From Candidatus Dormiibacterota bacterium (GTDB lineage Bacteria; Chloroflexota; Dormibacteria; Aeolococcales; Aeolococcaceae): a stretch of DNA of 64,000 nucleotides. Under the pieces are notes generated by a model that did no database searches, had not been told where the DNA came from, and worked only from the letters and a program-made list of their open reading frames with translations. Shown here one piece after another: positions 57,042 to 64,000 of the stretch (position 1 is the first letter of the stretch; each line of letters opens with the position of its first letter). The stretch lies in the NCBI GenBank assembly GCA_019245575.1, contig JAFARE010000044.1, forward strand, positions 25,090 through 89,089, in the 5' to 3' direction. A program made the position numbers and the translations under genes.

Positions 57042-57296
57042 ATGAACGCAACACCGCTCATCACACTCGACGAGGCCGGCGGCTCTGAACTTCAGCGATG
57101 CGCGGGCCCAGCCACGGACGGGTCGTGTCCGCGCGTCGCAATCGGCCATCTTCTCCCCTGCGCTGGGCACGTGCTCATCGCAGCGGCCCCGGATGCGCTG
57201 CCCTACACGGTCCCTGGACGAGCCACGCTCTGCCCCGTGACCTTGGCGTCCGCACTGGCGGTGCCCAGCGACACGACCTTCAACGCTCGAGGCTGA
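57042..57296 (+). CDS. small Cys-rich hypothetical protein (84 aa), paralogue of 56650-56892, upstream of the GAF kinase
   Basis: MNATPLITLDEAGGSELQRCAGPATDGSCPRVAIGHLLPCAGHVLIAAAPD...LCPV. It shares identical spacing C-x8-C-P-R-x7-P-C-A-G with the divergent gene. GC3 is moderately high and the SD is weak. Confidence 0.45.
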   Translation: MNATPLITLDEAGGSELQRCAGPATDGSCPRVAIGHLLPCAGHVLIAAAPDALPYTVPGRATLCPVTLASALAVPSDTTFNARG

Positions 57297-57342
57297 CCCG
57301 AGCCGCCCGAGTGCGCCTGCGGTCGCGAGTACGATTCGGCCG

Positions 57343-58476
57343 GTGGAGGATGTCCGCCGTGTGCTCGATGCCGTGGTCGCCATTTCGTCGGACCTCAACC
57401 TGGAAGCGGTCCTGCGTCGCATCGTCCGAGCGGCGGCCAAGCTCTCCGGCGCTCGCTACGCCGCGCTCGGCGTTCTGGCCCCTTCATCAACCGAAGGCGG
57501 GATCCAATTTGCAGAGTTCGTCTCGGAAGGTCTCGACCAGGCCACCATGGCGCGAATCGGTCAATGCCCACACGGGCGAGGGATCCTCGGGCTGCTGATC
57601 AGCGAGCCTCAGGCCCTCCGCCTGCACGACCTGACTGTTCACCCGCGCTCATACGGCTTCCCGGGCGGGCATCCAGCGATGCGCACCTTCCTCGGCGTGC
57701 CCATTCGCATTCGCGAGCAGGTCTTCGGCAACCTGTATCTCACCGAGAAGGAAGGGGGCCGTGACTTCAGCCCTCGCGACGAGGAAATGGTCGTCGGCCT
57801 CGCCGGCGCGGCGGCCGTGGCCGTTGAGAATGCGCGCCTGCACCAACGCGTCAGCGAACTTGCGGTGCTCCAGGACCGCGAGCGCATTGCCCGCGACCTG
57901 CATGACACCGTCATTCAACGTCTCTTCGCCACGGGCATGTCCTTGCAGGGCATGGCTCGGCTGACCGATGACGTCCAGGTGGGCGACCGGATTCAGGGCG
58001 CAGTCGACGAGCTCGACGACACGATTCGCGACATTCGTGGGGTCATCTTCGCGCTGCAGGCGCACGAGCGAGGCGAGCAGAGCGTGCGGGTCGCGGTGCT
58101 GATGCTGGCCGGGGAGATGGCGCCGACCCTCGGCCTCGAGCCGCGCGTGCATTTCGACGGCCCCGTGGATGCCGTGATTGGGGCGAAGCTGGGCGAGCAT
58201 CTGATCGCCTCGCTGCGCGAGCTGTTGACCAACGTGGCAAGACATGCTCGGGCGAGCGCGGTGGACGTACATCTCCGCGTCGGTGCGGACATCTCCTTGA
58301 CGGTGACGGACGACGGGGTCGGGTTTGAGCCGCGGGATGCGCCGGGGCATGGCGTTCGCAATCTGCATCGGCGTGCTCGAGCGCTCGGCGGGACGTTTGC
58401 TGTCTCCGCTGGGAAGCATGGCGGCACGGTTGCGTCGCTGCGCGTTCCGCGCGACGCAGTGGAGGCCTCGGACTGA
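57343..58476 (+). CDS. GAF-domain sensor histidine kinase (HisKA_3 type, DevS/DosT-like C-terminal half), soluble
   Basis: GAF domain: LEAVLRRIVRAAAKLSGARYAALGVL...GILGLLISEPQALRLHDL...FLGVPIRIREQVFGNLYLTEK. H-box RERIARDLHDTVIQRLFA. ATP-binding region NVARHARAS and TDDGVGF. GTG start. Confidence 0.88.
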   Translation: MEDVRRVLDAVVAISSDLNLEAVLRRIVRAAAKLSGARYAALGVLAPSSTEGGIQFAEFVSEGLDQATMARIGQCPHGRGILGLLISEPQALRLHDLTVHPRSYGFPGGHPAMRTFLGVPIRIREQVFGNLYLTEKEGGRDFSPRDEEMVVGLAGAAAVAVENARLHQRVSELAVLQDRERIARDLHDTVIQRLFATGMSLQGMARLTDDVQVGDRIQGAVDELDDTIRDIRGVIFALQAHERGEQSVRVAVLMLAGEMAPTLGLEPRVHFDGPVDAVIGAKLGEHLIASLRELLTNVARHARASAVDVHLRVGADISLTVTDDGVGFEPRDAPGHGVRNLHRRARALGGTFAVSAGKHGGTVASLRVPRDAVEASD

Positions 58477-58494
58477 TCGGCAGCGGGCGGAGCC

Positions 58495-58974
58495 TTACAC
58501 CGCGCTCAAGACAAGCGATCCTGCGCCGCTGAGCATCGCGGCTACCCCGGTCAAGAAGGCTCGCACGCTCGCCTCGGCGACGCGATGGAGCAGCAGGCGA
58601 TCGGCCGCGTCGCCGAGGACAGAAAAGGGCGGGTCGTACCGCCCCATGAGTGTGATCTGGGTCGCATCGTCGCCCATCGGCGCGATCTCCAGGTCCGCGT
58701 CAAGCCGGGGGAAGAGCACCGTTGCACCGGTGGCCCACCAATTGATGGGCAGCACCAGGCGGTCGCTCCGCCGGTACGCCGACCCCACATCGACCTCGAT
58801 CCGCTTTCCCAACGAGGGGTGAGCCGGCAGTGGTGTCAGACGCATCGACAGCCGTTCGCCCTCGCGATAGGCCGCATCCGCGCTCGGGCCGAAGAGCGCC
58901 TTCGGATTAGCGAGGATCGCCGCGACGATCTCGCCGTATGGACGCGCCACCTGCACGAAGTCATGGATCAGCAC
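58495..58974 (-). CDS. hypothetical protein (possibly SRPBCC-like)
   Basis: Proposed GTG start at 58974 (VLIHDFVQVARPYGEIVAAILANPKALF...LFPRLDADLEIAPMGDDATQITLMGRYDPPFSVLGDAADRLLLHRVAEASVRAFL). The functional guess is weak. Confidence 0.55.
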   Translation of the reverse strand: MLIHDFVQVARPYGEIVAAILANPKALFGPSADAAYREGERLSMRLTPLPAHPSLGKRIEVDVGSAYRRSDRLVLPINWWATGATVLFPRLDADLEIAPMGDDATQITLMGRYDPPFSVLGDAADRLLLHRVAEASVRAFLTGVAAMLSGAGSLVLSAV

Positions 58975-59116
58975 AGCGCGAGATCGTGCGCCTGACGGGG
59001 TGCGGAGGCCAGGGCGGAAGGACACGACGCCGTGGGACCAACGCCCCTGTTTGGTGTGCAGGCTGGGTCGGCACACTTCCCGATGTGCCGCAGCGCGAGG
59101 CGTATCGTCCAGTCAG

Positions 59117-59791
59117 ATGACAACGCATCGGATCCGCGTCCTCCTGTGCGACGACCATGAGCTCGTGCGACGCGGATTGCGTGGGCTGCTTCAGTCGGAC
59201 CTCACGATCGATGTCGTCGGCGAGGCTGCGACCGCTGACCAGGCTGTGCGGGCCGCAGGCAAGCTGCAGCCCGATATTGTCGTCATGGACGTGCGGATGC
59301 CTGGCAGGTCGGGCATCGAAGCATGCCGCGACATTCGGGCGCAGCGCGCGGACACGCGCGTCCTCATCCTCACCTCCTTCGCCGATGACGAGGCGCTGTT
59401 CGGTGCGATCATGGCCGGCGCGTCCGGATACGTGCTCAAGCAGATCAAGGGCAATGAGCTGCTCGACGGCATCCACAAGGTCGCGGCAGGACAGTCGCTG
59501 CTCGACCCGTCCATGACGTCGAGGGTCATGGCGCGCATTCGCGGCGGCGCCGAGGCCGCCGAGGCCGGCGGCATCGCCGACCTGACGCCGCAGGAGCACC
59601 GGATCGTCGACCTCGTCGCCGAAGGGCTGACCAACCGCCAGATCGGCGAGCGCATGCATCTCGCCGAAAAGACGGTGAAGAACTACGTGAGCAACCTGCT
59701 GATGAAGCTGGGGCTGGCCCGCCGCGCCCAGGTGGCCGCGTTCATGGCCAGGCAGCGTCGTGGGTCCGACGCGCAGAACTGGGGCGACTGA
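59117..59791 (+). CDS. NarL/LuxR-family response regulator (DevR-like)
   Basis: MTTHRIRVLLCDDHELVRRGLRGLL...IVVMDVRMPGRSGIEACRDI...LTSF is the REC domain. LTPQEHRIVDLVAEGLTNRQIGERMHLAEKTVKNYVSNLLMKLGL is the HTH. Confidence 0.9.
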   Translation: MTTHRIRVLLCDDHELVRRGLRGLLQSDLTIDVVGEAATADQAVRAAGKLQPDIVVMDVRMPGRSGIEACRDIRAQRADTRVLILTSFADDEALFGAIMAGASGYVLKQIKGNELLDGIHKVAAGQSLLDPSMTSRVMARIRGGAEAAEAGGIADLTPQEHRIVDLVAEGLTNRQIGERMHLAEKTVKNYVSNLLMKLGLARRAQVAAFMARQRRGSDAQNWGD

Positions 59792-59797
59792 CCCGGC

Positions 59798-60025
59798 TCA
59801 CCCCTCGCTGCCGCCCGTTGCTTCTCGGTAGCAGATCCACCGTCGCACGCGGTTCGTGACGGCGACCGCGTCCGCGTAGCGGCAGCGCTCCGCGCCGGGC
59901 GCGTCGGAGTGCTCCGAGAGCGGCCTGTAGAAGCGGCACGCAGCGACCGTCTCCTGCGAGAACGGGCAGCCACGCCCGCGCGCCTCTGCCGCGCCGGTCT
60001 CCGCCGCCTGCCTCATCCCTGTCAT
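59798..60025 (-). CDS. small four-Cys hypothetical protein (75 aa)
   Basis: MTGMRQAAETGAAEARGRGCPFSQETVAACRFYRPLSEHSDAPGAERCRYADAVAVTNRVRRWICYREA, with high GC3 throughout. The stop lies 6 nt from the stop of the convergent regulator gene. Confidence 0.5.
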   Translation of the reverse strand: MTGMRQAAETGAAEARGRGCPFSQETVAACRFYRPLSEHSDAPGAERCRYADAVAVTNRVRRWICYREATGGSEG

Positions 60026-60183
60026 CCGGACCAGTGTTCTTGGCCCGTCAAAGCGATGCCAGGGCCGTTAGTCCCTACGGGATTGCGCCTGCCGACCCTA
60101 TCGCCTCGGCGGCGCGCGCCAGAACATGGTGTCGGCACCACACGGTGAACATCGAATCCAACAAAAGAACTGGGAGAACGGCA

Positions 60184-60777
60184 ATGACAAAGGGATTGCG
60201 GTGGCGAGTCCTGGTCCTGCAGGTGGGGCTCATCGGCATCTTCGCATTTGCTGCAGGAATGCTCTTCTGGGGAGGCAGCTTCAGCCAGAGCACGATCCAG
60301 TCGCAGCTCACCGCCCAGAAGATCACGTGCCCGGCTGCCAACACCCCGGCCATCACCTCGCTGCCGGCTGCCGACGCGGCTGCGATGACGGCGTATGCCG
60401 GGCAGCAGCTGACGACCGGGCCGCAGGCGGAGGTCTATGCGGATCACTTCATCAAGGTGCACCTGGGTGAGGTGGCAGGCGGCCTGACCTATTCCCAGGT
60501 GAGCGCGCTGGCCATGGCGCAGCCGGCCAACACCAAGCTCGCGGGCGAAGTGCAGACGCTGTTCCGCGGTGAGACGCTCCGCGGCCTCCTGCTCAACGCG
60601 TACGGCTGGTGGACAGTTGGGTCGGTGGCGATCTACGCCGGGATCGGCATGACCGTGGCTTCGGCGGCCGTGTTGCTGGCACTGCTCTTTGAGCTGTACC
60701 GCTGGCGGCGGTCGAGCATCGCCGAGCGCGTGGTCGCTGTTGACACAGTGCATACTCAGGTCGGACGCGCGGCCTGA
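60184..60777 (+). CDS. hypothetical membrane protein (two TM helices flanking an extracytoplasmic domain)
   Basis: ATG 60184 follows GGGAGA. Sequence MTKGLRWRVLVLQVGLIGIFAFAAGMLFW...; C-terminal TM WWTVGSVAIYAGIGMTVASAAVLLALLF. Confidence 0.7.
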   Translation: MTKGLRWRVLVLQVGLIGIFAFAAGMLFWGGSFSQSTIQSQLTAQKITCPAANTPAITSLPAADAAAMTAYAGQQLTTGPQAEVYADHFIKVHLGEVAGGLTYSQVSALAMAQPANTKLAGEVQTLFRGETLRGLLLNAYGWWTVGSVAIYAGIGMTVASAAVLLALLFELYRWRRSSIAERVVAVDTVHTQVGRAA

Positions 60778-60787
60778 CTCCAAGGCT

Positions 60788-60866
60788 CTGCGGCCGTCCC
60801 CCGACGGCCGCAGCCCCGCGACGAGCGGTCCGCCGGCGGTGTGCCGGCGGGCCGTTCTTCAAATTT
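60788..60866. terminator. two GC-rich hairpins between convergent genes, the second followed by a T-rich tract
   Basis: Hairpin 1 is CTGCGGCCGTC (60788-60798) paired with GACGGCCGCAG (60803-60813). Hairpin 2 is CCGCCGGC (60830-60837) paired with GCCGGCGG (60843-60850), followed by GTTCTTCAAATTT. Confidence 0.55.
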
Positions 60867-60881
60867 CGCGGCGCTCGATCG

Positions 60882-61682
60882 CTAGCCCAGCCAGCCGTCC
60901 ACCGGCGGCCTGCCGGTCAGTCGCGAGAAGTCGCCGTCGTCGCGTATCGCGCTGAGCGCCGACATCACCGCCGTCACCGCGACCCACGTCAGCGACCCGC
61001 CCAGGCTCACACGGCGCACGCCTGCATCGGCCAGATCGCGCATGCGCATGCCGGGCAGCGCCAGCACGTTGACGGGACGTGCGGTCGACGCGCACACCTC
61101 GCGAATGTCGTCGAGGTTGCGCAGCCCCGGCGCATACAGCACGTCGGCGCCCGCGTCCTGGAATGCTTGCAGGCGCCTGATCGTGTCGCGCACGTCGTCG
61201 CGGCCGCGGATGTGGTTCTCGGCGCGTGCGGTCAGCATGAACGGGAATCCCAGGCTGTGTGCCGCTTGCACTGCGGCCGCAACACGATCGACCGCGTGCT
61301 CAATGTCGTAGATCCCGTCATCGGGGTCGAAGTCCTCGATGGATCCGCCGACCGCACCTGCCTCGGCGGCGCGCAGCACAGCACGCGCCGCGCTCTCCGG
61401 ATCGGCCCCGTAGCCGTTCTCCAGGTCTGCGGAGACGGGAAGGTCGACGGCCGCGTCGACCGCCTGGATGTGCGCCGCGACCTCCTCCAGCGTGGTTCGT
61501 CCGTCGCGCCGGCCGAGCGTGAATGCGAACCCGGAGCTGGTCGTGGCGAGGGCGGAGAATCCCATTCCCGCGAGCACCCGGGCAGAGCCGGCATCCCAGG
61601 GATTGGGGATGACGAAGGCGTTGCCCTTGTGCAGGGCGCTGAACGCCGCTGCCTTCTTCGCTTGAACGTCGGGAAGTGTCAT
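60882..61682 (-). CDS. isocitrate lyase / PEP mutase-family enzyme (2-methylisocitrate lyase-like)
   Basis: Start at ATG 61682. Sequence MTLPDVQAKKAAAFSALHKGNAFVIPNPWDAGSARVLAGMGFSALATTSSGFA...VSADLENGYG...GGSIED. The track ORF upstream of 61682 is junk. Confidence 0.85.
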   Translation of the reverse strand: MTLPDVQAKKAAAFSALHKGNAFVIPNPWDAGSARVLAGMGFSALATTSSGFAFTLGRRDGRTTLEEVAAHIQAVDAAVDLPVSADLENGYGADPESAARAVLRAAEAGAVGGSIEDFDPDDGIYDIEHAVDRVAAAVQAAHSLGFPFMLTARAENHIRGRDDVRDTIRRLQAFQDAGADVLYAPGLRNLDDIREVCASTARPVNVLALPGMRMRDLADAGVRRVSLGGSLTWVAVTAVMSALSAIRDDGDFSRLTGRPPVDGWLG

Positions 61683-61703
61683 GGCATATATTCGCGTCCG
61701 CAC

Positions 61704-62684
61704 GTGAGAGCAGCCGTCTACGAGCGCTACGGGCCGCCCGAAGTCTTGCACATCGCCGATGTGCCCCGGCCGCGACCGAACAACGACGAGATCCTGGTCA
61801 TGGTCCGCTACTCGACGGTGAACCGACTCGACTGCCACACGCGCGAGGCCAACCGAAGCAACGGCGTCGCGGTGTCGCTGCTCAGCCGCGCGGTCTCGGG
61901 CATTCCACGGCCGCGCCAGCCGATTCTCGGCACCGAGTTCGCCGGCACGGTCGCCGCCGTCGGTCCCGCGGTCATCGGCTTTCGCGTCGGCGACACGGTG
62001 TTCGGCAACACCGGGCTGCGGTTCCGCTGCCACGCGGAGTACATGTGCGTCAGCGAGCAGGCTCGGGTCGGAACCATGCCTGCCGGCGGGTCCTTCGATG
62101 AGTTCGCAGCGGTGACCGATGGGGCCTTCAATGCCCTCTGGTGCCTGCGCCAGGCGGACATTCGCAAGGGAAGCCGCGTGCTCGTGTACGGCGCATCTGG
62201 AGCGATCGGGACGGCGGGCGTGCAGATGGCCGCCCACTTCGGCGCCGATGTCACCGCGGTGTGCGGCCCCAACGCGCTCGACCTCGTGGAATCGCTGGGC
62301 GCCTCGCATGTGATCGACTACACGCGCGATGACTTCACGCACAACGGCGAGACCTACAACGTGATCTTCGACGCGGTGGGCAAGCACTCCTTCAAGCGCT
62401 GCAAGGCCTCACTCGAGCACGGCGGATGCTTCCTCGCGACCGATGGCTTTCGCAACGTGCTGCTGGCGCTCAAGCGGTTCGGCGACAAGCGGGTGCGCAT
62501 GGCCCTGCCGCCCCGCTATCCGAGGACCGATGTGGTGTTCCTTCGCGAGCTGATGGAGGCCGGCGAGTACCGCGCGGTGATCGACCGTCAGTATCCGCTG
62601 GACGACGTCGTCGAGGCGGCGCGGTACGTCGAGACGCAGCAGAAGGTGGGAAACGTCGTCCTGAGGATCGCCGACGCAGCGTAG
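61704..62684 (+). CDS. zinc-type/MDR-family NAD(P)-dependent oxidoreductase (quinone oxidoreductase-like)
   Basis: GTG 61704. Sequence (V)RAAVYERYGPPEVLHIADVPRPRPNNDEILVMV..., Rossmann motif VLVYGASGAIGTAGVQMA, and C-terminal QKVGNVVLRI. Confidence 0.85.
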   Translation: MRAAVYERYGPPEVLHIADVPRPRPNNDEILVMVRYSTVNRLDCHTREANRSNGVAVSLLSRAVSGIPRPRQPILGTEFAGTVAAVGPAVIGFRVGDTVFGNTGLRFRCHAEYMCVSEQARVGTMPAGGSFDEFAAVTDGAFNALWCLRQADIRKGSRVLVYGASGAIGTAGVQMAAHFGADVTAVCGPNALDLVESLGASHVIDYTRDDFTHNGETYNVIFDAVGKHSFKRCKASLEHGGCFLATDGFRNVLLALKRFGDKRVRMALPPRYPRTDVVFLRELMEAGEYRAVIDRQYPLDDVVEAARYVETQQKVGNVVLRIADAA

Positions 62685-62700
62685 CCGGACCTGAAAGCCG

Positions 62701-63141
62701 TCAGGACTTGTTGGCGCTCCACGAGCCCGACTGGCCGTTGGCGACGTCCGTGTAGGAGCCGGACATGCTGTTGCCCGAAACCGTCCCGGTGTACGTCACC
62801 ACGCCGACCGCGCCGAAGCTGATCATGCTGCCGCTCACGCCGCCGTTGATGTGCAGGTTGTCCTGCGGCGACGACAGCATGATCGTTCCGTTCAGCGCGC
62901 CGTTGCTCTGCGTCCAGGTGAGGGTGAAGGTGCCGTTGAACGGTCCGCTGTACTGCCCGGTCCAGGTGCCGGAGAGGTCCACCGTGGCCGGCGCCAGGCT
63001 CTGCGTCGGCGGCAGCGTCTGTGCGGCGGAGCTCGTGGGCGCCGCCGTCGGCGTCGTGGCCGACGAGGATTCGCCGCACGCCGCCAGCGCGCCGGCACAT
63101 GCAGCCACACCGATCGCAAGGATTGTCTTGCCGTTGATCAC
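62701..63141 (-). CDS. small lipoprotein, unassigned
   Basis: GTG 63141. Sequence (V)INGKTILAIGVAACAGALAACGESS (lipobox LAAC), followed by a beta-rich Gly/Ser/Thr domain. Confidence 0.7.
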   Translation of the reverse strand: MINGKTILAIGVAACAGALAACGESSSATTPTAAPTSSAAQTLPPTQSLAPATVDLSGTWTGQYSGPFNGTFTLTWTQSNGALNGTIMLSSPQDNLHINGGVSGSMISFGAVGVVTYTGTVSGNSMSGSYTDVANGQSGSWSANKS

Positions 63142-63175
63142 GTCATGTCCTCCAAAGTCACGCGTTGCAATTGAT

Positions 63176-63748
63176 TTACCCGGAGCACGTCCAGGTGATG
63201 GTCCCGCTCTCGTTCCCGTTGCCCGACCCCGACAGCTGATAGAGACTGTCGAACGACGCGCTGCCCGAGCCGTCTGATTTGACCGTGGCGTTGATCGTCG
63301 AGTTGTTCTGCGGCAGGAAGCTGTCGCTCCCGATCGAGACACCGCCCGCCATCCTCGCGGTGTACGTCCCCGGGCCGTGGAAGCTCGTCGCCGCGACGGT
63401 GAGGAGGTACGTGACGCTCTTTCCGTTGACCATGGTGTTCTGCCCCGAGGGGACCTCGAAGGGCCGGTTGGCATTCACGAGCGTCGCGTAGTCGGAGCAG
63501 GACGAGAAGCCGCTGCCCGTCTGGCTGTCCTGAAAGGAGCCCTGCAGCGAGTCCTGGCCGGTGAAGTTCACCTGCACGGTGAACGTGGGGTTCGACCCGC
63601 CGCCTCCGCCATTGCCGCCGTTGGACCCGTTGCTGCTCGAGGACCCGCCGGACGACTGCGTCGCAGTGCTGTTGCCGCCGACGCTGCACCCGGCGAGTGC
63701 CGCGGCGAGCGCCGCCGCGTACACGGTGCCCTTCAACGATCCGACCAT
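63176..63748 (-). CDS. lipoprotein, unassigned
   Basis: ATG 63748. Sequence MVGSLKGTVYAAALAAALAGCSVGG (lipobox LAGC), a Gly/Ser/Asn-rich linker, then a beta-rich domain ending TWTCSG. Confidence 0.72.
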   Translation of the reverse strand: MVGSLKGTVYAAALAAALAGCSVGGNSTATQSSGGSSSSNGSNGGNGGGGGSNPTFTVQVNFTGQDSLQGSFQDSQTGSGFSSCSDYATLVNANRPFEVPSGQNTMVNGKSVTYLLTVAATSFHGPGTYTARMAGGVSIGSDSFLPQNNSTINATVKSDGSGSASFDSLYQLSGSGNGNESGTITWTCSG

Positions 63749-63753
63749 GACCG

Positions 63754-64000
63754 TCACCTCTCGATTTCCTCGCGTTGGTTGCCGGTCCATGGCGAGCTGG
63801 ACGCTTCAAGAATCCGTTCGAAGGGGATCTCCGCGTGCTCGGCGACGCGGCGCACCGACGCCTCGGGCCCCTCGAACCGGCAGAGCACCACCTCGTCCTC
63901 GCGCATGAGCAGCGAGCCGAGGTACCGCACCTCGCCGCCGTCCTGAGCGAGCGATGCGACGCTCGCCGTCACGCGCTCGTCGAGCGCGCGCAGGTCGGAC
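63754..64000 (-). CDS. hypothetical protein, 5' end outside the window
   Basis: The frame stays open upstream of the track start (63972) to the window edge (...SDLRALDERVTASVASLAQDGGEVRYLGSLLMREDEVVLCRFEGPEASVRRVAEHAEIPFERILEA). No family recognised. Confidence 0.5.
   Translation of the reverse strand, partial: SDLRALDERVTASVASLAQDGGEVRYLGSLLMREDEVVLCRFEGPEASVRRVAEHAEIPFERILEASSSPWTGNQREEIER

Noticed and set aside
59798-60025. WhiB-like regulator annotation for the 75-aa four-Cys ORF.
   Set aside because: WhiB proteins have a C-x(n)-C-x2-C-x5-C cluster and a G(V/I)WGG turn, and neither is present.

Overview
This is a very GC-rich, gene-dense chromosomal segment; G+C was judged by eye, not computed. 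Third-codon-position G/C bias separates the real frames from the many long Arg/Ala/Pro-rich shadow ORFs in the track. I support about 60 CDS. I found no rRNA, tRNA, CRISPR array, integrase or transposase. Gene content points to an actinobacterium-like organism: a mycothiol-type MDMPI-family gene, a DUF222/REP13E12-like HNH gene, KorAB, a long-form NadE, a DevS/DevR-like pair, frequent GTG/TTG starts and ATGA/GTGA coupled genes.

Content, in order:
- An OmpR-type two-component pair next to a secreted CHAP hydrolase that carries a long array of ~42-aa repeats.
- A cAMP signalling cluster: a receiver-only protein, a NarL-type regulator, a REC-HTH-adenylate cyclase fusion and a cNMP-binding protein.
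- A frameshifted HisKA_3 kinase and an HNH/DUF222 gene.
- A YciI - ECF sigma - YciI operon.
- Two tandem paralogous secreted PQQ-like beta-propeller proteins with different C-terminal modules.
- nadE.
- An orphan two-gene membrane module (23508-26755).
- ppa, a GAF kinase plus receiver, and korAB plus a GltD-ferredoxin fusion.
- Housekeeping genes (apt, lon), a GGDEF protein, a DrrAB-like ABC exporter, two phosphoesterases and a GH5 glycosidase with Ig-like repeats.
- A hemerythrin / cytochrome b operon beside a DevS/DevR-like pair, with two paralogous small Cys proteins.
- Assorted enzymes and lipoproteins.

The best candidate for an undescribed system is the GTGA-coupled pair at 23508-26755. 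Gene 1 is a CorA/RMD1-like protein with a C-terminal two-TM hairpin. Gene 2 is a single-pass membrane protein whose cytoplasmic domain has an RNxxxH (HEPN-like) motif and a Cys/His cluster. The pair has its own TATAAT element.

Secondary leads:
- The unassigned GYxLDGWGGxHxFGGAP...WDIARG repeat shared by two otherwise unrelated secreted proteins.
- The divergent small-Cys-protein / hemerythrin / cytochrome b / GAF-kinase locus.
- An APExPL-TM-Arg C-terminal tail shared by the two phosphoesterases.

All family assignments come from motif recognition by eye; no searches were run.
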